Below are positions 31,518 to 40,926 of a stretch of DNA of 64,000 nucleotides, piece after piece. Below the pieces are notes generated by a model. The model had not been told where the DNA came from. It searched no databases and was given only the letters and a program-made list of their open reading frames with translations. The position numbers and the translations under genes were made by a program. The DNA comes from Candidatus Hydrogenedentota bacterium (lineage in GTDB: Bacteria > Hydrogenedentota > Hydrogenedentia > Hydrogenedentales > SLHB01), in NCBI GenBank assembly GCA_045863295.1, contig BTWA01000030.1, positions 1-64,000 of the forward strand. Direction: 5' to 3'. Within the stretch, counting starts at the first letter, position 1. Each line of letters opens with the position of its first letter.

Positions 31518-32102
31518 TCAATTCGAGAATGCTATGGCGTCCCAGACGGTCAGTGCAATCATTAGGAGCACAAACGCGATCAACATAACCCAACCCCACG
31601 ACATCGGCCCGTAAACATAGTCTTCGCCGGGAGTTTCGATGCTGTATGTGCACACCTCGGGACCATGGGGCCGAATCGCCTCTGCCAAGGCAGACATGTT
31701 TTCGTAGTCTTTCAATGTGACGGTGCGGCCGTTTGCATCAAGCACGATTCTTTCGATCGAATCGTTCTTGTCCAAGTCAATCCGGATGCCGGTGATGGAC
31801 TCGTACGGCAGTGCTTCACTTTTCCACATCTTGCTGAACTCGATTGCCCGATCGCCGAAGCGAACGCGCACGGAGCGCAACCGGGCTTCCATTTGCGACC
31901 AGCCAAAGCGAACGCCGAAATACAAGATCACAAGATTCATTGGGACAATGATGAACAACAGCGGCAAGGAGTCACGCAGATAGAACCGAACGGCGAAAAA
32001 CAAAACCAGGGCAGCCACGGAAAAATAACCTAGGGCGAAGTGCCGCTTACGAGCCCGATCGATCGCGAGTTCGCTAAGCAAAAACTCGTGGGGTAAAGAC
32101 AT
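31518..32102 (-). CDS. Multi-TM hypothetical protein, tandem paralogue 2
   Basis: EFLLS, 2 TM, LKDYENM, C-terminal TM. Confidence 0.7.
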   Translation of the reverse strand: MSLPHEFLLSELAIDRARKRHFALGYFSVAALVLFFAVRFYLRDSLPLLFIIVPMNLVILYFGVRFGWSQMEARLRSVRVRFGDRAIEFSKMWKSEALPYESITGIRIDLDKNDSIERIVLDANGRTVTLKDYENMSALAEAIRPHGPEVCTYSIETPGEDYVYGPMSWGWVMLIAFVLLMIALTVWDAIAFSN

Positions 32103-32257
32103 TGCCGTTCGCCTCACTAGTTTCTCTGCGTTACCGCCTATCGGTGAGTATCCGTTGAACAGCTGAAGAAAAAACGGGGACTTTCCCACAGATTACACCG
32201 ATTAGACTCGAATACAATGTAAGTTCAATTTGGAGTGGACAGGATTGGGTCGACTAT

Positions 32258-32962
32258 TCAATTGCCGTTTGTCCGGACCTCGGCACTTCTCGCGTAAACG
32301 TAGGCCATCGTCAAGACGGCAATAATTAGCACACACACAGCCAGCGCTGCCCCTTCAATATCCCCTGAAATCCAGCCTAGCCAAGCGATGGCAGGAACTC
32401 CAGCTAGCGTTAAAAGGGATGCAACAGCGAAGACAATTTTGTGCGCGAGCCGAGATTCAATGGACTCAATCACTTCGGACTTGGACTGAACACGCTCGGA
32501 CAAGGCCGCGACAAGAAGCCCCATATTGTCGTATCCTCGCAGGATCAGAGCCCTATCCTTGATACCGGGCAACAATTTGAGCATGGTTAGCTTACCCGAG
32601 GCCCTTCGATGGATTAGGACTTGTTCAATCTGGTCGAAATCAAGGACCTGTTCCCGGCCGAACACAAGAAGCTTCAACCGCGTTGTCTCCAATCTCAGGA
32701 GATTTCTTTTCATTCGTTTGGTCATATAGTGAAAAGCCGCAGCGTACGCGGGCAGCGACACCACTACGCCTACCACAAATATCACTAGGTACCGCGTCGA
32801 GTCGTAATAGCGATCCCCGGATTCAGTCAAAATGCAACTAAACACAAACAACGCGCAACCGAGTCCATAGAGGTTCGCTCGCTGTCGAATCGCGCTTGAT
32901 GAGAGCCTAAACTCAAGCGTGCTGTCCGAAGCACTTCGACTATTTGCGTCCATCTGCTTCAT
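32258..32962 (-). CDS. Multi-TM hypothetical protein, tandem paralogue 1
   Basis: EFRLS, 2 TM, LRGYDNM, 2 TM. Confidence 0.7.
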   Translation of the reverse strand: MKQMDANSRSASDSTLEFRLSSSAIRQRANLYGLGCALFVFSCILTESGDRYYDSTRYLVIFVVGVVVSLPAYAAAFHYMTKRMKRNLLRLETTRLKLLVFGREQVLDFDQIEQVLIHRRASGKLTMLKLLPGIKDRALILRGYDNMGLLVAALSERVQSKSEVIESIESRLAHKIVFAVASLLTLAGVPAIAWLGWISGDIEGAALAVCVLIIAVLTMAYVYARSAEVRTNGN

Positions 32963-32980
32963 TCGGGGGGTAAGTCTCCT

Positions 32981-33343
32981 CTATTCGTCATCCCGATGCA
33001 CAGTATCCATGCTGAAGCCGGGGACGCACACGGCGATGTATTCCGTGGGTACACAGGTGGAGTATTGGACCCATTCGCCCGCGGGAACGATTACCGCTTC
33101 GCCAGTGTGCACTTCGATGACCTCGTCGTCGTCGCTGGCGACGCGGAGCGTGCCCTTGAGCACGAGGGTGTATTCGTTAAACTCGGGCGTCTGGCCCGGC
33201 TCCATCCAACCGGCGGGACTGGACATGTAGGCGATGCTGACTTCGTGCGTGGCCGAATTGACCCGCCCGATATATTCCCGAATGATCTTGGGCGGTTGCC
33301 CGGCCGCCATGACTTGCGAGGGACTTTTGATTAATCGTGGCAT
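32981..33343 (-). CDS. Cupin domain protein
   Basis: IREYIGRVNS, WMEPGQTPEFNEYTLVLKG, EYIAVCVPGFS. Confidence 0.85.
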   Translation of the reverse strand: MPRLIKSPSQVMAAGQPPKIIREYIGRVNSATHEVSIAYMSSPAGWMEPGQTPEFNEYTLVLKGTLRVASDDDEVIEVHTGEAVIVPAGEWVQYSTCVPTEYIAVCVPGFSMDTVHRDDE

Positions 33344-33497
33344 AACCTGTACTCCATTCCGCGGCGTCGCGGCTTGATTGCCGCACCGCGGGTTGCTGAT
33401 TACAATACTATACCGGCCGAATTCGAAGCGCACGCACGCATTGGTTGGCGGGAATCAATCACGGAGCAACTCCACCGGCAACCTATGGAGCCCTGAA

Positions 33498-34004
33498 ATG
33501 AGACAGCAATTGCCAATTTTTGTTCTCGTTGTCTGCATGTCGTTTGCCCTTTGCGCCGAACAGACAAGTGAACCTCCGGCATCGGAACTTACGGGCACCT
33601 GGATGGTCACCGCTGCAACCAACTCGTTTGTCATCGTCATCAAGCCGGACGGCAAAGCCGTCGTGCTATTGATACAGGATGGTTCGCACGGCATCGACAA
33701 CGTTACGTGGAAACCCATGCCCGGCGGACTCTTGATTGAAGGCCTGCCCCGATTCCGGTTCTGGAACGGGCGCAACGCAGCCGAGGCCCGCGTCGAAATG
33801 GAAGCGCTGCCGTTCGAACTCATGGAATCGAGCTTGCAGCGGTTCCCAACGGCGTTCTTCATGAAGCGGTACGACGAAGGGCGAAACTTAGGCGGACAGG
33901 GCGCGTCCCGTCCGCTCGCGGCAGGGTGGGATCGCGAAACTCTACCCGCCGACTGGGACGAAAAGGCAGGGCAGTGGCGCGAGGTGCCGCCCAAGACGCA
34001 ATGA
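33498..34004 (+). CDS. Secreted hypothetical protein
   Basis: Signal peptide, LTGTW beta-rich domain; SD GGAG. Confidence 0.6.
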   Translation: MRQQLPIFVLVVCMSFALCAEQTSEPPASELTGTWMVTAATNSFVIVIKPDGKAVVLLIQDGSHGIDNVTWKPMPGGLLIEGLPRFRFWNGRNAAEARVEMEALPFELMESSLQRFPTAFFMKRYDEGRNLGGQGASRPLAAGWDRETLPADWDEKAGQWREVPPKTQ

Positions 34005-34037
34005 CCCAACGCGTGCCTTCGATCTCAAGACGCACTC

Positions 34038-35417
34038 TCAGGGTGTGTGTTTCAGTACACCTGTCCCGTAGGAACCCACCGTGAAGGTAACTTTGCCCCC
34101 GGCAGCCACGAATGCCTTTCCACTGTCTTTGTCGGTGTACGTTCCGTCGGGCACGCCGCTCAACGTGCAATGGAGTGGGTCCTGCCATTCGTTAACCACG
34201 ATGAGCCACAATCCGTCGGCGGCCTGTTTGGGCAGCACGCGCACGCCACGATCGACTGAGCCCCACGTTTCCGCGTAATTGATTTCAAGGGCGATTGCGG
34301 CTTCCGGCGCGGACAGCACGGGCTGCAGGTCCGCCAATTCACGCAACACTTTCAAAACGTCTGCCCACAGTTGGGAATCCTTTTCGATGAATGCCGTGCC
34401 CCAATACAGAATGCCCCGCGCCCCATTCACAATGGTGTCGTAGGCCATGTAACGGGTCTCGGCCAGCGTTGGGCGGCGCTCGCGCTTTTTCGTGGCTTCG
34501 TCAGCGTTCTTGTCGAGATCAGCCCAACCGAATCCCTGGAGTACCATGAACACCGGCTTGCCGGGCGCGCTCTCCTGCATACGACGCGTGTACGCGCCGA
34601 CACTGGTGCGGCTTCGATCGCCCAGATCCGAATGGCCAGTCCCCCAATCCGGCATGGGATAAATGTCGCACCCCACTGCATCAGCCGCCTGCGCAAACAT
34701 GGCCAGTTGCGGTATGGAATTGCGGGGGGCGTGATTCATCCAGATTGGGTGTTTGGGGTCCAACTGCTTGAGCGCGGCGTAGCCCGCCTTCATGCCTTCA
34801 GCCATGACCACCATTCGATCGGCCGCGGTGTTGATTACATGTGCAGGCTGAGTCTCTGGCAGGCCGAGGGTCTTACTGAGCTCATCGGCCTTGGCTTCTC
34901 CCTCGACATACAATCCTTCCCGCATGGTGCGTTGCGCGTCGTCAAACTGGGCCTGCATGGCCGTCTTCTGGGCCTCATCGGTAATCGCGGCGATGGCTTC
35001 CCGCTGTTGCTTGGCCTGGTAGTTGAACCGCCACTCCTGCGCGGCGTACCAGACATTCCACAGGGCTTCGTCAGGCACTTCCCAAACCATCATTGCGGGA
35101 TGAGCCGCAAACTGGTCCGCCTTGGCCTTCAAGGCCGCCTCGCGGGCTTCCCGGTCAACGCTAAGGTCGAGGTCATACCCGGTATTCACCCAGCCTTTCA
35201 TGCCGAGTGCCTGCAGCGCATCAAGTTCTTCCGTGGAATGCACGTACATCAAGTTCACGCCAGCATCGGCGGCTTGCTTTAAAGCCGCTTTTTCCTTTGG
35301 ATACTCATACAGGCCAAGCACAAACGTCCGCTGGCCATCAACCACCAACATGCGATCTTCGGCGACTTGCACGTCCGCGGCGATGCCTGCCGCAAGCAGA
35401 AAAAGAATTGTTCCCAT
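34038..35417 (-). CDS. Secreted glycoside-hydrolase-like TIM-barrel protein
   Basis: Signal peptide, WEVPDEA, GCDIYP, FMVLQGF, GARGILYW; family not assignable. Confidence 0.6.
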   Translation of the reverse strand: MGTILFLLAAGIAADVQVAEDRMLVVDGQRTFVLGLYEYPKEKAALKQAADAGVNLMYVHSTEELDALQALGMKGWVNTGYDLDLSVDREAREAALKAKADQFAAHPAMMVWEVPDEALWNVWYAAQEWRFNYQAKQQREAIAAITDEAQKTAMQAQFDDAQRTMREGLYVEGEAKADELSKTLGLPETQPAHVINTAADRMVVMAEGMKAGYAALKQLDPKHPIWMNHAPRNSIPQLAMFAQAADAVGCDIYPMPDWGTGHSDLGDRSRTSVGAYTRRMQESAPGKPVFMVLQGFGWADLDKNADEATKKRERRPTLAETRYMAYDTIVNGARGILYWGTAFIEKDSQLWADVLKVLRELADLQPVLSAPEAAIALEINYAETWGSVDRGVRVLPKQAADGLWLIVVNEWQDPLHCTLSGVPDGTYTDKDSGKAFVAAGGKVTFTVGSYGTGVLKHTP

Positions 35418-35437
35418 GGCTCCCCCCTCAATGCTGT

Positions 35438-36340
35438 CTATTGCGTTACGGCGGCCTGCGCCGGATGCTTCTTTAGAAACGCCAGAATGGCTTCTGCAAA
35501 CGCGGGATCCGCAATGGTCGAGATGTGGTCCCCGCCTTCGATATAGATCGATTCATGCCGGCCCATGACACCGTTCATCCGATCCACCCCGGCACGTAAC
35601 GGATCGTCAGCCCCCACGATGGAGAGCAGCGGCACGGAGTTCGCGCGCAATTCCGCCTCGGCTACCACGAGTCCGTCCAAGGCACGCATCACGTGCGCAA
35701 GCGCTTCGGTGTCGTTCGTGAGACTCAATGTGAAGTTGATTTGGCGAAGCACCCACCCCTCGGGGGCTTTGCCCGGCGGCGATATCGCCTCGAAAAGCGG
35801 CCCGAAATTGCCCGTGTAATCCAGCGCATTCGCAATGTCGTACCGTTCGGCCTCGCCACTTTCCGGGTCTTCCCATCCGGCGCCACCGGCTACCGCGGAG
35901 ATGACGCGATCCGGATGGAGGGTGACCAGTTTGAGCGTAATGAATGCGCCCATGGAATAGCCGACCACATGTGCCTTGGGAATTCCCAGGTGATCCATCA
36001 GGCGAATCACGTCCTCGCAAAAGGGAAGGCCGTATGCGGATTCCTCGTGAGGCTTCTCGCTCAATCCGTGGCCGCGATTGTCGATGGCGATGACTTTGTA
36101 TTCCTTCGCCAACTTTTGCAGCACGCCCGGCTTGCGCCAATTCAGGTCGGCGTTGGCGGCAAACCCGTGAATCAGGATGAGTGGTTCGCCTTCGCCTTCC
36201 ACGGTGAAGTGAATGCGTATGCCGTCCGAGTCGAAAAACTCGCCGGCAACCCGATCGGTGATGCTGTGATAGAGGTACGCCAGGCCGGCCAGGAAAGCAC
36301 AAGCGACGAGAACGACAACTATGCCGATCTTGCGTTTCAC
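35438..36340 (-). CDS. Membrane-anchored alpha/beta hydrolase
   Basis: LIHGF, DNRGHGLS, GYSMG nucleophile elbow, GADD, GDH; SD AAGGAGG before GTG. Confidence 0.9.
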   Translation of the reverse strand: MKRKIGIVVVLVACAFLAGLAYLYHSITDRVAGEFFDSDGIRIHFTVEGEGEPLILIHGFAANADLNWRKPGVLQKLAKEYKVIAIDNRGHGLSEKPHEESAYGLPFCEDVIRLMDHLGIPKAHVVGYSMGAFITLKLVTLHPDRVISAVAGGAGWEDPESGEAERYDIANALDYTGNFGPLFEAISPPGKAPEGWVLRQINFTLSLTNDTEALAHVMRALDGLVVAEAELRANSVPLLSIVGADDPLRAGVDRMNGVMGRHESIYIEGGDHISTIADPAFAEAILAFLKKHPAQAAVTQ

Positions 36341-36364
36341 CTGGACCTCCTTGGGTTCATTTTT

Positions 36365-38293
36365 CTATAAGTCGTCGACGGAAATCCCGTAGACGTGAAC
36401 ATCCTGGTATTCATCATGCACGAACAGGGCTTCGCGAAGCGTGCCTTCGCGTTTGAACCCCAGCCCCTCAAGGAACGATTGCAGTCCCTTTTCCGGCGCC
36501 GATGCGGGAATGGTGAGCCTGCGCACGGCCTGCTGCTTGGCGGCTTCATTGAGCAGTGTCCGGAAACCGCGGCGTACGTCTTCCGCGAGATAGTCCTGGT
36601 CGTCCCGCATGTAAATCCAACCCTGGGCGGCGCCGTGAAACCGTTCCGGCCGCATCTTAATCAGGCCGAAGGGTTTGCCATCGCGTTTGACCAGGATCAT
36701 TTCCTTGTCCATGCCATGGGGATGGAGCGCATCCATTTCACGGTCGTAGCGGGTGGTGATCATGATGCCGCGCTCGGTATAGAGGAAATAAGCCGCACTG
36801 TTCCAGTTCTCCCACTCCATCAGCATGTCCGCGTCGGCTTCTTCAATGGGCCTCATGCCCACCGACATGCGGAACGCGGCACGCACAAGCGTGAATAGCG
36901 AGGGCTTCTCGGTCCGCGTAAACAAGTGGTACATGCGCGTGAAATTCACGCCCTCGGCGGACAACAAATTGAAAGCGGACACCGCCGATTCCGCCCACGC
37001 CCGCTGTGCGTTGCACCAGGTCTCGTGCGGCAAACGGAAGGAACCGCTCAACGCCTGGTGCACGGCCGCCGTACCGCCTCCGCAGACGTGGCGCGCCCAG
37101 CACCGGCGGCAAACACCGGTAGTGACCGATCCGATTTCATCGAACCTCGAACGTGCCTCTTCGTCCAATCTGCCTTCGGCGAGTGATCCCACCTTGAACG
37201 CTTCCTGGCCCAAAAAGCGCCATGAAGGATACAACGCGCCATCGGCATCCACGGCCAGTTCATTGGTGCCGCTGGGATCGTTTCGTTTCAACGGCACGCC
37301 GTCGTAAATCCGGTAAAAGAACCCTGCTATGGGATCGACCCGGAAATAGTGATGTTTCAACAGGCGGTTCGCGTAATATACCGCGGATTCGCTGAGCGCC
37401 TTGCGCATGGCTTCCGGATCCAGCGACGGATCCGCGGCATAGGATCCGTCGAGATCCAATTCAATGTGCGTGAAACCAGCCTTGTCCAATGTCTCGACGA
37501 CGCCCGCGAAGTTCGGATGTCCCGGTTGAAGCACGATTCTACCGGTCACGCCTTCGCCGCCGGGCTGCACCGCTTTTGCCAGTTTCGCAAGAGTCCACGG
37601 TCCGGGTTGCGCGAACGATTCGAATGCATCCAGTTGCGATTCGGTCTGTTTTACTTCCAGCACAATCGAGATCGTATGTCCTTCCAACGCGTCACCGGAT
37701 TTGGCTAACGAGAGATTGAGTACTCGAATGGAAACCGTCGCGGTTTTTCCGGCGAGGCCCGCGGCTCTGATGGCCTGACGGGACAGGCTAATGATCAAAT
37801 CCGGGCTCTGCAACTGGCCTTCGGCAATCCATTCTAGTTGCAGCAGTTTTTGATCGGCCGCCCGGCCCAGCAAAAGATCTATTGCATCTCGGCCCAGCGT
37901 CCTCGCTTGAAATGGGGCTTCGGATGTCTTGGCGCCGAACCAACCTTTCTTCTTCGCGGGCGGGTCTTCCACCGTTTCCACGCCGGGAAGGCGAACCGAA
38001 AGCTTCTTCAGGCCCTTTTCGAGTTCGAATTCCTTCTGGAGATCCTCTTTCTTGGCCGGCGGAAGGATGGCACGTGTGGACCGGAGCCACTCGAGTTCGC
38101 CGATGACCTCTTCCAATTCAGTTGTATCGTGTTTTCCGGCAAGTTCTCGCACAATTCGGTTAAGCGGCGTGTGCGGATAATACTCCAGCACATCCCAGGA
38201 GATGTCGTCGCATTCGAAGCAAAAACAGGTTTCGGGATCGATGGCAAACCGGCGGCCGCCCTGGACAAAACGATGTATGAGCGCTTGCGTCAT
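36365..38293 (-). CDS. RRE + degenerate radical-SAM/SPASM + RimJ/RimL GNAT fusion
   Basis: N-terminus IHRF...FAIDPET...DDISWDVLEYY...ELEEVIGEL resembles the SCIFF-maturase RRE; LAVDADGALYPS and CRRCWARHVCGGGT...WC form a SPASM remnant; C-terminal GFKREGTLREALF...DVHVYG is GNAT-like; no CxxxCxxC. Confidence 0.85.
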   Translation of the reverse strand: MTQALIHRFVQGGRRFAIDPETCFCFECDDISWDVLEYYPHTPLNRIVRELAGKHDTTELEEVIGELEWLRSTRAILPPAKKEDLQKEFELEKGLKKLSVRLPGVETVEDPPAKKKGWFGAKTSEAPFQARTLGRDAIDLLLGRAADQKLLQLEWIAEGQLQSPDLIISLSRQAIRAAGLAGKTATVSIRVLNLSLAKSGDALEGHTISIVLEVKQTESQLDAFESFAQPGPWTLAKLAKAVQPGGEGVTGRIVLQPGHPNFAGVVETLDKAGFTHIELDLDGSYAADPSLDPEAMRKALSESAVYYANRLLKHHYFRVDPIAGFFYRIYDGVPLKRNDPSGTNELAVDADGALYPSWRFLGQEAFKVGSLAEGRLDEEARSRFDEIGSVTTGVCRRCWARHVCGGGTAAVHQALSGSFRLPHETWCNAQRAWAESAVSAFNLLSAEGVNFTRMYHLFTRTEKPSLFTLVRAAFRMSVGMRPIEEADADMLMEWENWNSAAYFLYTERGIMITTRYDREMDALHPHGMDKEMILVKRDGKPFGLIKMRPERFHGAAQGWIYMRDDQDYLAEDVRRGFRTLLNEAAKQQAVRRLTIPASAPEKGLQSFLEGLGFKREGTLREALFVHDEYQDVHVYGISVDDL

Positions 38294-39093
38294 CAGTAGG
38301 CCCCCAGCGTGCCTTTGCTGCGGCTGTGGTTCTCCATCAGCTTAAACAAGGTCAAGCCGATGGCAGTCCAGATGCCGCAGTTAATCATCAGAAAATAAAA
38401 CGAAGGATGCGTGAAAATCGCGGTTCCCTCTCCTTCCATGAGCACCAGCTTCAGACAAATGGCCGCGTCGGTAATCGGTGCGACGTGCGCAAGGGCCTGC
38501 AACACAATCGGCCAATTGTACATGTCTTCCGTGATGGTCAGGGCGAGCCCAATAAGAATAAGTCGCAATATGACGGCGATTTCCCCCGTCTGCTTGAAGA
38601 CCAGCACCAAACCTCCGCTCATGAATCCGAAACCGATCAGATTCAAATAGGTCAGCACAAGGAGTAGAACCGTCAAGGCGGGGCTCGCATGGATTTGGCT
38701 GTCAAAGGTGGCGGCTACCATGGCGATCATGATGGACCAGGTAACAATGCTCATGAAGGCGGCGACGCATGACCGTGCGAGAAAATTGGTGATGAGTCCA
38801 TGCGGGCTCATATACATCTGTTCCAGTTCCCCTGAACGCGCCATACCCTGCAATCCGGATGTGAACAGTCCGATAATGCCGAAGGCAAACATGCCGATGA
38901 CAAGTCCCAGCGCCTTGTCCGTGATGAACTGGGAATACTGATTCGGATCGACCGTGCCGCTCGACAACGCCATGATGATGCCCACAAGCATGCCGTATCC
39001 CATGATCATGCCCACCATGGTCTTGAACCAATACCGGCGCATGATGATGAACCCGCGGACCAACTCCGCTTTCATGACCAAAAAGAAACCCAT
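38293..39093 (-). CDS. ABC-2 type exporter permease
   Basis: Six hydrophobic segments, GELEQMYMSP; TGATG coupling to the next gene; start 39093 or 39105. Confidence 0.85.
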   Translation of the reverse strand: MGFFLVMKAELVRGFIIMRRYWFKTMVGMIMGYGMLVGIIMALSSGTVDPNQYSQFITDKALGLVIGMFAFGIIGLFTSGLQGMARSGELEQMYMSPHGLITNFLARSCVAAFMSIVTWSIMIAMVAATFDSQIHASPALTVLLLVLTYLNLIGFGFMSGGLVLVFKQTGEIAVILRLILIGLALTITEDMYNWPIVLQALAHVAPITDAAICLKLVLMEGEGTAIFTHPSFYFLMINCGIWTAIGLTLFKLMENHSRSKGTLGAY

Positions 39094-39142
39094 GTCTGCT
39101 CCCATTATTGAACGCGCGGGCGGGGCAGCCGCCGCTATCTTG

Positions 39143-40165
39143 TCAAGCCGGTCCGTCCGAGGTAAGCCGCAGGAACACATTTTCCAGCGTCTGTTGCCGC
39201 TCGCGAATGGAGCGTAATTCGACGCGATCGCCGCGTAGCGACTCAATCAGCCGGTACAAGGCCTCCGATCGATCGGAGGGATCGGACGGAACTTGCACGC
39301 TCAAGATCGGTCCATTTTCACTGGGCAGCGATTCAGCACCATGAATGCCCGGAATCGCGCGAAGGCTATCCAAGTCCGGCATGCGGTCAAGATGCAGTTC
39401 GTACGCCTGATCGGAAAAGACGTCCAGCAACTCCTCCGTCGGCTTGCACGCGATCAATTTGCCATTTTCTATGATCCCGATGCGATCGCAGAGTTCCTGA
39501 GCGACGCCCATGTCGTGCGTGGTGACCACTACACTCTTTCCTTGGGTCCGGGTCATCTCGATGATCTTGTCTTTGATGTTCCGGCTGCTTTGCACGTCCA
39601 AACCTGTGGTCGGCTCGTCCAGGAGGAGTACTTCGGGATCCGTGATCAGCGCAATGCATATGGCCAGCTTCTGCTTCTGGCCCCGGGACAGCTTCCGCAC
39701 CTCCGTGTTCATCTTGTCTTTCAGTCCGATGAACTCGAGCAGTTGTTCGGACCGCGCTCGCAATACGCGACCGCGCACGTCCCGCAAATTACCGAAATAG
39801 GCGAGGTTCTCCAGTGGCGTCAACGGCCAGATGCACGTTCGCGTGCCTTCCAAGACAACGCCCAGCTTACGGAGAACCTTGAGCCGGTTCGACTCCACGT
39901 AGAGGCCGCCGACATACACCTCGCCGCTGCATGGCTTCACCAAGCCCGATATCATCTTCACGGTCGTCGTTTTGCCCGCGCCGTTGCGGCCCAGCAAACC
40001 GAAAATTTCGCCCCTGCGCACGCCGAATGACACGTCGTTTACCGCATGGACCGTTTTCCTGCGGTACCATTTGCGCACACCGGAATCCTCGTCACGGGTG
40101 AGCACGTGGCGGGTATGGAACACTTTGTTGATACCACGCAATTCGACGGTGAATTCGGCGCTCAT
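39143..40165 (-). CDS. ABC exporter ATP-binding protein
   Basis: GRNGAGKTT, LSRGQKQK, LLLDEPT, TTHD, TLENVF tail. Confidence 0.95.
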   Translation of the reverse strand: MSAEFTVELRGINKVFHTRHVLTRDEDSGVRKWYRRKTVHAVNDVSFGVRRGEIFGLLGRNGAGKTTTVKMISGLVKPCSGEVYVGGLYVESNRLKVLRKLGVVLEGTRTCIWPLTPLENLAYFGNLRDVRGRVLRARSEQLLEFIGLKDKMNTEVRKLSRGQKQKLAICIALITDPEVLLLDEPTTGLDVQSSRNIKDKIIEMTRTQGKSVVVTTHDMGVAQELCDRIGIIENGKLIACKPTEELLDVFSDQAYELHLDRMPDLDSLRAIPGIHGAESLPSENGPILSVQVPSDPSDRSEALYRLIESLRGDRVELRSIRERQQTLENVFLRLTSDGPA

Positions 40166-40926
40166 TTTGCTTGCTGCCTCGAGGGCATGTACACCTTGTC
40201 CATTTCCCGGGCGGCCAGTTCTGGATCGCCCAACTCGTCGACTTTCATCAGATACTCCAAATAGGCGATCTCGATGTCGCGCATGGCGTGAATGACCATG
40301 ACAAGGACAAAGCTGTTGGTCACATGATACAAAACGCCCAGCAAGAGCGAGAATCCCACGAATTCCAGTGACACCATGAAGCTGTTCTCGAAAAAGTGCT
40401 TGTGCACGACCACAAAAAGTGCCGCGACCACTACAATACCCGTGAACGCCGCCGCGTTTGCGGACATGAACTGTTCGAGAAACACAACCGAAAACTTCTG
40501 CGCGGAAACGCGCCAGATGAGTTCTTCGGCCACGGCCACCCCAAGGAAACGCAACAACACGATTGGACTGTCAACGGTAAAATTCCACAAATCGCCGAAG
40601 TCGAAGAAGTGGCTCCAGGCATCCTTGATCGAATTGTGTGTGATCAAAAGCGACAGGCCGAACACCATGTGTCCAGCCAACAATCCCAATCCGATATAGA
40701 GTGGCGAGACCAGTTGCCGCGAGAATACGTCGAGACACAGGGCAAAGTAGACGGCCAGCCAAAAAATGGGCGCTTGTATGAAAACATGCACTCTACGTAT
40801 GCCACCGGTGGGTTGTTCCCCTTCCACGTACCGGTTACTGATCAGGGAAAAGACAACGTGCCCTCCGAGCAAGGCGAAAAAAGCGCCAACAGTCCAGCCC
40901 GGAATGGAGACCGCCTCGACGATCAT
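40162..40926 (-). CDS. CPBP (type II CAAX/Abi) intramembrane metalloprotease
   Basis: AEELIWR (EExxxR), FVVVH (FxxxH), HAMRD (HxxxD); ATGA overlaps at both ends. Confidence 0.9.
   Translation of the reverse strand: MIVEAVSIPGWTVGAFFALLGGHVVFSLISNRYVEGEQPTGGIRRVHVFIQAPIFWLAVYFALCLDVFSRQLVSPLYIGLGLLAGHMVFGLSLLITHNSIKDAWSHFFDFGDLWNFTVDSPIVLLRFLGVAVAEELIWRVSAQKFSVVFLEQFMSANAAAFTGIVVVAALFVVVHKHFFENSFMVSLEFVGFSLLLGVLYHVTNSFVLVMVIHAMRDIEIAYLEYLMKVDELGDPELAAREMDKVYMPSRQQAK

Noticed and set aside
29789..33400. Prophage or integrative element at tRNA-Glu
   Set aside because: No integrase, and I saw no duplicated tRNA 3' end in the window (by-eye search only).
36365..38293. Active SCIFF/ranthipeptide radical-SAM maturase
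   Set aside because: No CxxxCxxC, no GGEP, AuxI ligands missing, and the adjacent peptides contain no Cys.
36365..38293. Decaying pseudogene
   Set aside because: The frame is intact, translationally coupled, fused in frame to a GNAT, and the Cys loss is selective.
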